Part shown: positions 1-13,959 of the stretch, piece by piece
Layout: each line of letters opens with the position of its first letter
Position numbering within the stretch: position 1 is the first letter of the stretch
Origin: the human T2T-CHM13v2.0 reference genome, Homo sapiens
Direction: 5' to 3' (one strand)
Length of the DNA: 64,000 nucleotides
Assembly (NCBI RefSeq): GCF_009914755.1
Contig: NC_060926.1
Translations under genes and position numbers: made by a program
Notes under the pieces: model-generated
What the model was told of the DNA's origin: nothing
Seen by the model: the letters and a program-made list of their open reading frames with translations, nothing else
Database searches by the model: none

Positions 1-232
1 AATCAGATGTGGACCCATCTTAACTTCTCTTAACAGGAGAAGTTAAGAACTGGCATGAGGATTCCACTGAAAAACAATAATACAAGAGATAACAATGAAA
101 TAGTTTATTTGAATAAGTGAATTTATTTGTCCAGCTAAGAGAAGGCACAAAAATGTAGCTACTTCCTGATATAATTGCTAAATTTTCATTTTCCTATTTA
201 TGAAATATTTTCCACAGATATATCATTAGGGT

Positions 233-592
233 TGTCTTAGTCTGCTCAGTTTGCTGGAACAAAATACCATAAACTGGGTGGACAACAGAAATGTATTTTT
301 TACAGTTCTGCAGGCTGAGAAGTCTAAGGTCGAGGCTCCAGCAGTTTCAGTGTCTGGCAAGGGTCCATTGGCTGCACCATAGACTGCACCTTCTCACTGT
401 AGCCTCACATGGCCGAAGGACAGAGGAGCTTCCTTGAGCCTGTTTGATAAGAGCACTTATCCCATTCCTGAGGGCTCCCTGATTATGGCCTGATCACTTC
501 CCTCAGGAAACCCAACCTCTGAAAACCATCACATTGGGAATTAGGTTTCAACGTGTAAATTTCCGGGGAACAAAAAGATTCAGGCCACAGCA
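233..592 (-). mobile_element. MaLR solo LTR, MLT1A0-like
   Basis: Reverse complement matches the MLT1A consensus as I recall it, with TG...CA termini. Near-perfect 5-bp TSD AGGGT (228-232) / AGCGT (593-597). Confidence 0.9.
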
Positions 593-1109
593 AGCGTATG
601 TAAAATAGGCAGTGCAGCCTCCGACCACAGCAGACGTCAATTTCAGTGCCTTCCTTCTTCTTCACCAGTAAACATGGATGAGATCTGCTGAGCTGCCTGC
701 TGGGCCTGGGCATGGTGCTATGAGTTTAAAGGCGAGAACTCAATTCAGAAATGACTTGTCTGCTAAGTTTTCTCTGAGATGATAGAATTTAAGCTAAGCC
801 CAGAGGAAATGGGAAAACCCAAAAAGGTAAGGAAGTAGCACCATTCTTAGCAAAGAAAACACTTTTCATTTAACAAGAAAACTCTTTCTTTCCCTAAATC
901 TAGTATTTTACTTGGCTCTTCCCGCCTCCCTGGGACTCTAGGACTTTGCTTCTCAAAACATTTGTCTTGAGTCCCTGAGAGGTCAATTCTCTATTTTTCT
1001 TGGTTTGGCAGTTGCTCTGCTGAACCTGACAAGATTCTAAAACTTAGAAGTTATAACGTAAGACTATAAGAGCAGACTTTGAAGCCATCTAAGTAAATAA
1101 TATAACCTA

Positions 1110-1441
<332 letters not shown>

Positions 1442-1509
1442 TTTGTTTTATGTGTTTTTTATTAAAGAAAGAAAAAAGACACACACATGCCTCCAAAAAG
1501 ATCCTCCAA

Positions 1510-1630
1510 GTAGGAGCAGTGATATCTCTGGGCTGATGGATTATAGGGAATTTGTATTTCTTTTCCTTTCTGCTTTTATTTATGTTTTACTTTTATTTAT
1601 TTTCAAAATGCTTTACAGTAAACATACTAG
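1510..1630 (+). mobile_element. Ancient L1ME-type 3' end fragment
   Basis: GTGATATCTCTGGG...GGATTATAGGGAATTTGTATTTCTTTT...TTTTCAAAATGCTTTACAGTAAACAT resembles the L1ME 3' terminus. Confidence 0.55.
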
Positions 1631-2851
1631 TAGTAGTATAAGTTACAAACTCATGTACTAAAAAACTAATAGTGATAAATATGAATAGTGATATAACTAT
1701 GTTTATTGTGAATCTACTTTTTGCCAAACCTAGCACTGCAGACTGGCATGGTCTGGTGCTCAGTAAAGACAATGGAAAAAATTACACTAACTCTCTTGTC
1801 GGTTTGTTCAGACAGTCAGCCATTCATTCAACTCAGAAAAGAAAAACAGACTGTTGAGCCATGCAAACCGGTCAGTAAAGAAAAGGGGATAAGCTATAAC
1901 ATTAGTGACAACTAAAACCATGGTATGCCTTCCCTTCATTCATAGCATTATTGATGTAGTTCTTGTTAAAACTATTTCAAAGAAAGAATGCACTTTGCTA
2001 ATTTTGAAGTCTATCTCCTCTGAGTCTTTTCTGGTGTTCTCCCTTCCTTTGCCCAGCTACTGAACGCTAATCATCTGGGTCATAATCCGGGTCCTAGTCA
2101 ACAGGCCTCAGCAATGTTGCATGTTCGACCATAATTCCTTTAGTGTCATCAGAGTGCATGGAACATGCATTCCAACATCCCCGCTCCAGCCTACCCTCAG
2201 CTTTTCTGACAGAGCCTGTCAGCGGCACACTTAACCTCTGCTTAGGGATCGTTAATCTTGTCTAGTCTTGTTAGCGCAGTGCTCCTTAGAGAATCCGAAA
2301 GAACCACTGCCTGCTTCCCATATCTCATGCCTTGGACCCTTTTCCTTCCCCACCAGGTTCCCCACTCTGCTTCCCTTGGTGGATTCTCACATCCGTGCAA
2401 AAAACTTATAATGTTATCAAGAACAATACTTCTAGGAACTTGCTCCTGGACTTCCACATGTCACCCTAGAGGCTATCAAACTTTTAGGGAGGTTAATATC
2501 TACTCAAGTTTTTAGTGGAAATAATCTCATCCAGCTGTTTCAGGCTAATATTTACCAGCTGCTATTTTCATCGTCATTATTCTTATTATTTCCATTGTCA
2601 TTTCAATTTGATATATATTTATTTAATACCAGGGCACCATTAAAAATGATAACGTATAAAATATGGTCCTTAACTTCAAGGAAATTATTATTTATAGTAA
2701 ACAAGTAGGAGATATTTCATTATGCTATTATTATAGTTAGCAGATATATGCACACAAATATTATAATTTAAGGATGTCAAAACAGAAATGCCTCATATAA
2801 AACTATTGAGGACATAAGAATAGCAGTTTTCTATTTTATAAATAAACATGA

Positions 2852-3392
<541 letters not shown>

Positions 3393-3684
3393 TAGGCAAC
3401 TGTTGAGCCTGGTGCAAATCTTTCTCTAATTTTCCAGATAAAGCCCATCCTCCTTCCTCCACTCCCCACCTCCGCTTTACTGAGAACTCCTTTGCAGCTG
3501 TGTTCCAGCATGCATCGGCTGCGTCCCCTCTCTAGTTCCCTGCAACGCCTTGCGTAGGTCCGCCATGTAGTGCTCAATACCCCACACATGCGTGTGAAGA
3601 TGAAATTGACCAGTTTTACTTTCACACAATGTAGACAATCAAGTTCTTGTTGGATTTAACTTGGTTGCATTTGCTCATTTCCTC

Positions 3685-3920
3685 AGCAAGATCGTAAGCT
3701 GCCTAAGAGCAGGGACCACATCTTATATGCATATGAAACGCAGCTGGGATTCCTGCCTATAGAAAGTGTCCTGGAAGGTCCAGGGAGTGCGTACCATGGC
3801 AGTTTCTGAGATTACCCTGTGAACTCTTCGAGGATATAGGAAATGGTTTGTTTTCACGGTTGTTTCCCTGGTGCCTAGCAAGTTACCTGGCTCGGAGATA
3901 CTCTCCGTAAACATTAGTTC
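3685..3920 (+). mobile_element. L2 3'-end fragments
   Basis: GTAAGCTGCCTAAGAGCAGGGACC and TTTCCCTGGTGCCTAGCA...CCTGGC match the L2 3' tail. Confidence 0.6.
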
Positions 3921-4898
3921 CATAAGAAAACCTCCACTCAATCCAAGCTTTCTTTCAAAGGCATATTCAGAGCAACAGTATCTTAAGTCCCTGGGAACCT
4001 GGCTTATCAGGCTGGAGTCAGGGAACAACACCAAGTCCTCTTGAAAAGAAAGGGCTTAATCTTTCCCATGTGTTCAAAAGTGAAACTGAGTTGCCTCTTT
4101 CCACTAACTCCTGTTCTTCAGGCAATCTGAAATCATCTTTATTCTCTCTGGACTACAAAGTAGACGGTTCTTCAGCCAATAGTAAAAAATAATCTCCAAG
4201 CTCATGACTAAATGAGACACAAAGGAGCTGAAGGTAGAAACAAAATGATCACCGTGTCCAGATGGCTTGTGAATTTATAGACTAGCCTCAGAGCCCCCCG
4301 GACCTGAATTTAAAGTGAAGCAAGTTTACTTACGTCATTTCAGCCTCTTTTAAGGCCATTAGTACCATATTATAATTAGAACTTGGTATCGAAAATGTGT
4401 TTTGATGGGTGAGCGCAGAGTTTTAAGTGGAGATGAAGGTGTAGTAATGAAATCACATCCAGATTTTGGCTTAAGAACCAGCCCTAAGAGGTGTTTTATA
4501 ATTGGCGTTAATCTGGCTCTACAAGCATTTCTGCACACTTCGAGATGTACTCATCAAAAACCAAAAAACAGGAGCTATTCCCATCTATATGAAAGAAGTT
4601 AAAAATAATTCCCATAAGATATTTTAATAGTATTTCTATAACATGTACTGTTTTTCCTGCAATAAAAAATGTATAAATGTCTCATTCCCACTGGAAAAAA
4701 GTTTGAGGCAAAATTTGGCAGTTTCCAACTTCAAATAATATAATAGTATTAATGATGAAGAGAAAAGTTGCCCTAGACTCAGGACTTTACTGCTGATGAG
4801 TATTTGAGAATAGATTGTAATATATTGCTGTAGTGTGAATGTGGAGAAGAAAAGGAAGTTATCTGAAAGTACATAGGTAACAAAATAAATACAGGAAG

Positions 4899-5120
4899 AC
4901 AGACTTTGGAATCAGACTGCCTGAATTCAAATCCCAGGCTTGCCAATAACTAAGAGCAAATGTTGGCAAGCCCCTTAACCTCGCTGTATCTCATTATCTT
5001 GCCTGCAAAATGGGAATAATACTAGTACTGACCTAACCAGCCTATGAGAAGAGAGGGAATTTGTGAATATAACAAATGTAGAAAGGCGCTGGCCCATGGT
5101 GAGCTCTGGGAGTGTCAGCT
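4899..5120 (+). mobile_element. MIR SINE
   Basis: AGACTTTGGAATCAGACTGCCTGAATTCAAATCCCAG followed by core-like CTGCAAAATGGGAATAATA. Confidence 0.8.
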
Positions 5121-5762
5121 CTGTCGTGAGTGACAATGGGTCATTGCCGTGGTGCTCAGTACACAGGGAGGTATAGTGAAGGCACTGAATTGAAACACCT
5201 GAGGTCTCATCCAAGTTGTCACTCAATCGGCGAAGACATGTTGGTCTCTGACTCCCTCACTGTGGACCACAGTGGTTCTCCCTGAAGAAAGAAACCAGCA
5301 CTCTAGAGTAAATAATCTCCAATTTCCTTTCCAATTGGTGTATTCTATGCTTTCTTTTGGAAGTATAGGGCTAATTTTCAGAAATTACCAAAAATTTCAA
5401 GGAACCCATATAGTCTTTAATTTTAAAAGTCAACAGAATTCATTTATCACTCTCCCTTTTATCAAAAGGATAGAAAGCAACTTAGGTATTGAGCCTGGTG
5501 AGTAAACATGATGAGTGGTTTGCTTTCTAGCCCAAGTGTGGTGCCTTTCAGCTGAAGCTCGGTAACATGCTTATCTCTTTTGCAGATTTAAAAGGATGCA
5601 TGTAGAGAGAGGCACTGTTAGAGTGGAGCAGTGACACTAGTGGAAATGTGGTGAATTCACTGTTAATGAAGAGGGAGAGGGAGAGAGAGAGGGAGGAAGG
5701 AGATCAAGCCGCCTTCAGAGCTGGAGATCACAGCTTACGTAGAATGGACATATTCTCTTGCT

Positions 5763-6320
5763 CTATTAGTTATATATCACTGCATAGCAAATTGCTCTAA
5801 AACTCAGTGGTTTAAAACCACAAGCATTTATGATCTTACACAGCTTCTGAGGGTCGGAAGCCTGGCTTAGCTGGGTGGCTCTGCCTTGGGGTCTCCCATG
5901 AGGCTGCAGTCAGGCTGTCGGTCAGATCTGTATGATGAACATCCTGGAAGGGCCGAGGATCCATTTCCAAAATGGCACACTCGCATGGCTGGCGGCTAGA
6001 GTCCTCAGTTCTTCCTGGCTGTTGTATTTGTGCAGGGGGGGTGGGGGTCTCAGTTCCTCCTCACGTGGGCCTCTCCATATGAAGCCTCCTGGGTGTCTTC
6101 AAGACATGGCAGCCAGGTTCCCTCAGAGCAGGTGATCCAAGAGAAAGAACCCTAGATGGAAGTTCAGGCCTTTCACATCTAATCTTGTAACATACCATCA
6201 GCTCTCCATGTCCTCTTTGTCCTACAGACCAACCCTGGTACAGTGTGGGAAGGGACAGCACAAGGGTATGAATGACTGGGATGGGGGCATCAGGAGCCAC
6301 ATTGCAGGCCAGATACCACA
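5763..6320 (-). mobile_element. MaLR solo LTR, MLT1F-like
   Basis: Characteristic GGCTTAGCTGGGTGGCTCTG, CTCAGTTCCTCCTCACGTGGGCCTCTCCA and GACCAACCCTGGTACAGTGTGGGA blocks. Confidence 0.8.
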
Positions 6321-6414
6321 CTCGCCAAACAAATGGGAGAGGAAATAAAATCTTTCACTCCTTCAATCTTACCATTTTGTAAACCTCTCACAGAGACAAT
6401 TATTCTTAGGTTGT

Positions 6415-6550
6415 TTGAGCAACAAGGTGAATAAGGATACCATGTACTGAGATGGGGTTACCGGGTAGAAATAAATTTGATAGAGTTTTCAGAAAGAAAC
6501 CATGACATCTGTTTTGGAAATCTTTAGTTTGAAATGTCTATTATCACACT
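6415..6550 (-). mobile_element. L2 fragment
   Basis: TGAGCAAC...CCATGTACTGAGATGGGG...TTTTGGAAAT..AGTTTGAAATGTCTATT is antisense L2. Confidence 0.6.
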
Positions 6551-6814
6551 TTTATGCTGGATGTGATTATAATGCCTTAAAATGTATATTCCCTTCAATA
6601 TGACTGCTAAGTACAAGCCAGTGTGGCCTCATCAAAGAAACAGATTAAAAAAATGGTTAAATGTTCGAACATCAGTGGAGAATACGGCTGTGCTGGACTA
6701 GTTAGAGGTGGTATGTCAGTCCCATGCAAGGCATTTTTCAAAATGAATTTCAAGAGCAATTTTGATTAGACTTTGGGAGTGCAAGGGCAAGTCTAGTAAT
6801 TAATATTATCTTCC

Positions 6815-8175
<1,361 letters not shown>

Positions 8176-8816
8176 TCATTATGAATTACACAGCTGTCAG
8201 GGTTGGGGAAATCCTTTCCTAACTCATCTGAGTGCTTGTATGTGTTCTCTCTAGGTATAATGATTGGATAATGTCTTAGCACTGAGTCCTGGGATGAGAG
8301 AGGTATGGAAGTGGTACAGGCAGCAGGGGTGAATACACACAGTCCTGAGTAGCCATAAAGTCATACTTGTTTCCAAGCTGGAGGTTCAAATGGAACTGGA
8401 GATGTGGAATAACACAGGTCACATGAATAAGGATTACAAAGGTTCAGCAGAACACCAAATGCGTCAGTTAGGGGAGCACCAAGTATTCTGGCCAAGAGCC
8501 TTTGAAAATATTGAAATTTAAACTTGAGGGCTGCTTGGGTTTGATGTTCATTTTGACAGTTTTTCTGCTCTTCCTACCCAGTGCCCAGGAACAGTGCCTG
8601 ATGCATACTAGGAGCTTGGTGAGTACTTCAGGACTCACATGGAATGATGAAGCTGAACACTAACGCCAGAGTCAGCTGAAAGTCTCCATCTGGGGAGGCA
8701 AGCAGCAAAGAAATTCCTCAGTGCTAAAGGCCAATGAGTGCTTTAGAATCCAGACTGAGAAATAACAAATGGATGAGATAAGTAAATGTGATGTGAAAAC
8801 CTGACTGCGGTGTTAC

Positions 8817-10957
8817 AAAAGACATTACAGACAAATATCCCATATAAACATCGACTCAAAGTTCTTCAACAAAATATTGGCAAATTAAATCCAAATACAC
8901 ACACACACACACACACATGCATATGTATACATATGCGTGCATGTATGTAATGTAGTCATACATATGTATACGTATATGTATACATGTATATGTATGTGTG
9001 TATATATGTATATGTACGTGTATATATTTATACACATACATATATGTGTATATTCATATACACATATACGTATACGTGTATATTCATATATATACACACA
9101 TATACATATACATGTATATTCATATATATACACACATATACATATATATATACACACATACACATACACACACACACATATATAAAATGACTACATTATG
9201 ACCAAGTGAGATTTAGTTTTGGAGTAAGAAGTTTTTTGTGATATTCAAAAATTAATCAATATGTTGGAGTCAAGACAAGGATGCTTACTCTCATTACTTC
9301 TTTTTAAACATTATACTGGAGGTTCTAGCCAGTGCACTAAAACAAACAAATGAAAAGAAACAAAAATTATGAAGTTTAGAAAGAAAGAAAGAAGTAAAAA
9401 TCCTTTTTCTTTAGATGGCAGAATTATGTATGTAGAAAATCCCAAGGAATATAACAATTACTAGAACTAATGGTTGTTTTGGAAAAGTAGCAAGATACAT
9501 TCTAAATATACAAAAACAAAGATTAGGCTATATCAGTAAAACCAAACTATATTTGAAACAATTCGATTAAATACATAAGCCTTTGGTAAATCCAATGAAC
9601 ATATAAGAAGAAACGACATTGATGAATAATGTATACTCCAGAGAGAGTATATAATTCCAGATTTGGAAAAGCTCTATTAAAATTGCAATTTTCTATTTTA
9701 TGAATTGTTACCAAAAATTAAAACTGTTAATCAGTAAGTAAAATATGGATTGCAAACATCTACCAAAAAAAGAGGTTGTAAATTAAATAGTGAATATGAC
9801 AGAGCTAATTATAGATATGTCGATACATGTAGATTAATTTACACACATGTATGTCATACCTCTGTCCAGCTGAGAGGGCCTAGAAGCAGTGACATCCCGG
9901 TAGCAATGAGCATACCTAATGCCCAGATCTTGGTTTCCAAATACCACTCTCCAATAAAAGAACCCAAAGCTCCTTAAAGAAATGGCTGATTCTAAAGATG
10001 GAGTAAGAAAAATACAAACTAAGTCTGGAACATCTTGAAGTGACAAAAGTAAGAAACTGCTAAAAAAAAATACATAATAATAGATGGGGGCAAGTCAAAA
10101 GGACACAGAAGTCAACCTGAAAAAGCCCAGTGGTCAAAGCTGGAATACTCTGAGCAACAAAATATATGATAATGGATTATTCCAATAAAATGAGTATTTA
10201 TGAGTTCATATTAATAAAAACAAATACATGATAGCATTAAACATGGAACTACAAGAGACAAGACTCCTTTCAGAAGATTGTTTTTTTTAAAGTTCGTATC
10301 CCCTATGCAAAAAGGTAAGGTTTAATTTCCCTATTTTTGAGTGTGAGCTGGACTTCGTGACTTGCTTCCAAAGAATTGAGTATAAGAATGAAAAAATAGA
10401 AACTTTCCTTGTGGTAACTTGGCAGGTACTCCCTTAACCATGATGTCAAGATTACCATTGCCAGGAATAAGTTAAGTTGATATCCTATATCCATTTATTA
10501 GATGAGATGAGAAAGACATTTCCCTTTTGTAGAGTTCTTCCCCAAAACCTGTAAGCCCAGTCTAACCCAGGAGAAAACATCTGACAAGCAAAATTTAGTG
10601 ACAGTTTACAAAATACTTAACCAGAATTCCTCAAAATTCAAAGCCAGGCAATACAAGAAAAGAATAAGAAACTGTCACAGCCCAGGAAAAACAAAGGAGA
10701 CGTGATGAACAAATGCAACATGTTATCCAGATTGGAATCTGACACAGAAATAATAGAATATTAGTAAAACAATTGACAAAATCCAAGTAATGTCTGTAAT
10801 TCAGTCAATAGTATGGTACCAATCCTCATTTCTTAGTTTTGACAAATGGACCACGGTTATGTTAACATTAGGGGAAGTGGGGTGAGGGGCATGTGGAGAC
10901 TTTCTCTGTAAATTTTCTGTGAATTATTATTATTCCAAAATAAAAAAGTCTTAAAAA
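8817..10957 (+). mobile_element. L1MD-like element: decayed ORF2 (RT region) plus 3' UTR
   Basis: 8820-9500 matches L1 RT nucleotide motifs (AACAAAATATTGGCAAAT, ATGACCAAGTG, AAGACAAGGATGC). 9860-10950 has the L1MD 3' UTR block GAGAGGGCCTAGAAGCAGTGAC...CCCAGATCTTGGTTTC. Confidence 0.75.
8897..9184. repeat. Compound (CA)n/(TA)n/(TG)n microsatellite, about 290 bp
   Basis: Directly visible, almost purely alternating purine-pyrimidine tract inside the L1 ORF2 remnant. Confidence 0.97.
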
Positions 10958-10991
10958 TATACAGAAGCAATCCTAAATACCATATAGTATT

Positions 10992-11355
10992 TGCCTTAGC
11001 CTATTAGGCACTTCTATAACAGAATGCCGTAAACTGGGTATGTATAAGCAATAGAAATTTCTTCTTCACAGTTCTGGTGGCTGGAAGTCCAAGGGCCAGG
11101 TGCTGGCAGGTTTGGCATCCGGTGAGGCCCTGCTTCCTGGTTCATAGATGGTGTCTTTTCACTTTGTCCTCACATGGTGGGAGAGGTTAAAGAGCTCCTT
11201 TTGCCTTATTTGATAAGGGCACTAATCCCATTCATGAGGGCTCCACCCTCTTGGCCTGATCACCTCCCAAAAGTCCCACCTCCTAATACCACCACTTTGA
11301 GGCTAGGATTTCAACCTAATGAATCTTAGAGGGTACAAACATTCAGTCCATAGCA
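10992..11355 (-). mobile_element. MaLR solo LTR, MLT1A0-like
   Basis: Full-length reverse MLT1A; TSD GTATT (10987-10991) / GTATC (11356-11360). Confidence 0.9.
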
Positions 11356-11359
11356 GTAT

Positions 11360-12000
11360 CTGGACTCCAGAAGAGACACGAAACCTACTGTGTTTTATAA
11401 GGTAAATTCTACCAAATATGTAAGGAACTGATCATTCTTATGTTTTGCAAAACACTCCATGGCATGGAGAATAATGGGCTAATTTCCAACTCATTCTATG
11501 ACGCTAGTGTAATTTTGAAACCAAGAGATAAAAAGGATATCAAGAAAGGATGGAAGGAGGAAATAATGAAAACAAAACAGTAAGTCATTATCACGTATGA
11601 ACTTGTACCTCAAATCCTAAAAAAATAATAAATTAAATTTGTCAGTACATTTAAGGAACAAAACATTATAGAAAACAAGCACCGTTTAATCCAGGACTTC
11701 AAATAAGTTTCATGTTTGATATCGTAATAAATAGGAAAAAAAACCATGATTATCACAATAGTTACTGGAAAAACCCTCTGATAAAACTTAGCGTCTCTTC
11801 CTGGTAAATGGCTTTAGCTTGAAACAGAGGGAATTTTTTTAACCTGCCAAAAGGAATTGCCCAGTAAACCACAACAAGTCCCCGTATGAAAGGTGAATCA
11901 TTAGAGACATTCCCATTAAGGGCAGAGACAGGAAAGTGAGGCTCACTATTACAAAAACTATTCAGAATTGTTCTAGAAGTTTTAAACCATAAATGAGGTG
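11360..12000 (+). mobile_element. Ancient L1M ORF2 remnant
   Basis: GGTAAATTCTACCAAA (EFYQ-like), CCAACTCATTCTATGACGCTAGT (PNSFYEAS-like), CATTCCCATTAAGG (FPLR-like). Confidence 0.7.
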
Positions 12001-12031
12001 AGAATTTTTAAATATATGAGAAAACATAGTA

Positions 12032-12208
12032 CAGCATTTCTCAAAGTGTGGTCACTGGACCAACAGCATTAGGTGGTTAGAAGAACAAATTATCGAGCCC
12101 TACCCCAGACCTCTGGAATCAGAAACTCTTGGAGTGGGAAACGGCAATCTGTGCATTAGCAGCCCCCAGGGAGGCTGGGATGTGTTCTGAAGATTGAGAA
12201 ACTCGCTG
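12032..12208. mobile_element. MER5A (hAT-Charlie MITE)
   Basis: CAG..TTCTCAAAGTGTGGTC...CCCCAGACC..TGGAATCAGAAACTC...TTGAGAA..CTG. Confidence 0.85.
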
Positions 12209-12224
12209 TAGTCAATGCTGTTGG

Positions 12225-12814
12225 TTTCAATGCTGTTGGAAGCCAGAGCACTCCAACCCCCAACTGCTGTGAGTGTTGGCTTCCAACACTTTGCACCTGT
12301 CCGCTTCTCCTGAGGACTGTGCTCAGCTGAAGGAAGTCCACTTGCTCAGAAATGCCCAGAAGATTCTGCTTTCTTTCTGTGGAGGATTGCTTTCCAGACC
12401 CTGGAAGATACAAGATCCACAGATGGTAAAGTTCCTGCTATAAAATGGTGTAGTATCTGCATATAACCCAGGCACATTCTCGCACATACTTGAAATCATC
12501 TCTATATTACTTATATCACCTAATACAGCCTGTAGCCAGTGACTGACTGATACAGGGCAATGACTGACTGATATTGAAGGCAGCCCTCTTGCTTCAAAGT
12601 AGCATAACTCTACGATGCTATTTGCAAGCCAGAAGGCCCTGTGGGGTCAGGCTGAGGTTGGGCCACAGCTGAGGCCACAGCTGCACAGCTTTCCCCCTGC
12701 CCTGGCCTGCTGTCCTCAGTCTCTGACAGGTTTCACCTGAGAACACATTTTCCTGGAAACCACTGGCCCAAGAATCCTGTCTCAGGCTCAGCTTCTAGGA
12801 AATCCAATCAGACA
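12225..12814 (+). mobile_element. ERVL LTR16-family solo LTR, interrupted by a MER2 fragment
   Basis: GCCAGTGACTGACTGATA, GGCAGCCCTCTTGCTTCAA and 3' end AAGAATCCTGTCTCAGGCTCAGCTTCTAGGAAA...AGACA. Confidence 0.75.
12372..12527 (+). mobile_element. MER2 (Tigger-type) internal fragment
   Basis: TATAAAATGGTGTAGTATCTGCATATAACC...AAATCATCTCTATATTACTTATA; homologous to 14063-14210. Confidence 0.8.
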
Positions 12815-12899
12815 TAGAATATAAGTTGAGAAGAGGGGGTGCTTAATTTTGAAAACTATCATTTTCCACCTAGAGCTTTTTAAATAACCACCTATGAGA

Positions 12900-13085
12900 C
12901 TATTATAATAGCTCATACTTAAATAGAACTTACTATATGCCAGGTCCATGTATATGTATATATTTACTCATTGAATATGCACAACATTCCTCCAGTGTAG
13001 ACATATTATTATTATCCTCATTTTATAGATGAAGCAACCAACACACAAAGAAGTTTAACAATTTTCACATTGCCATACAGTTAAA
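12900..13085 (-). mobile_element. MIR SINE
   Basis: ATTATTATCCTCATTTTATAGATGAAGCAAC is the antisense MIR core. Confidence 0.8.
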
Positions 13086-13584
13086 GTTCTTTATCAATTG
13101 AATGAAAGATACAGGTTCAAGTATAATTTAAGAATTTGCAAATAGGTAATTGAAAACTATTGGAAATTTAAATTCATAATTAAAGTTTTTAAATAAAAAG
13201 ATTTTATCAAGTGTGGACACCGTTGATGATTATATTTGCAAATCACTCTATTTGGTTTTCGTTGCATACATTTACTTATTTTTATAGATAGCTCTGGCAG
13301 AAAAAGCAACACTCACCAAATACAGGTATCCTTTGCTTTTCCAATTCTTGCTTTCTAAATTCAGACACTGAATAGATTTAACCAATTTTTGGATTACCCC
13401 ATGTTATATGAATTCTCCCTACTTGCTATTCAAAACTCAGGATCAAAGAGATTTGGAGAACAGTTTTTTCCACACTATCTGAAGTTGCTATCGAATTCTC
13501 ACTCTCCAACTTTAGAAATAGAATAGATTGAATTTGGAGAAAAACTTGCATTCCATGCTATTCTCTATGTCTTTACTACATTAG

Positions 13585-13920
13585 GCAAGGCCCTCATACT
13601 AGCTTTGGCCAAAGCAATGTCAGCAGAAGGGACCCAGGATAGCCCTTCCCAGGCTGAGCTTCAGAGAACCTGGTGATCCTTCAGCCTCACCTATGTTGTA
13701 ATGCTGTGCCCAGGAAAAACACACGTTGCCTTTGGAGCAGCCTCAGGATGGTGGGACCTTCGTTACTCTGGCTTCCCAAGCAGCTGTGCTGAGCTGAGCC
13801 CATGCTACCTTCAAAGGACATTGGTATGCATAAGAAGAAAGAGCATTGCCATGTGGAACCACTGAGATTTTGCAGTTAATATATTGTCATAGTGTATCCT
13901 AACCTATCCAGACTAATACA
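13585..13920 (+). mobile_element. Old MaLR LTR (MLT1I/J-like)
   Basis: GCTTTGGCCAAAGCAATGTCAGCAGAAG and terminal CCACTGAGATTTTG...CCTAACCTATCCAGACTAATACA. Confidence 0.7.
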
Positions 13921-13959
13921 GCAATCATTTATTAAATCTCAAATAAGAGTAAACTGAGT

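Noticed and set aside
8856-9201. Tyr/Ile/His/Cys-rich ORFs on both strands
   Set aside because: Artefacts of a stop-free dinucleotide microsatellite.
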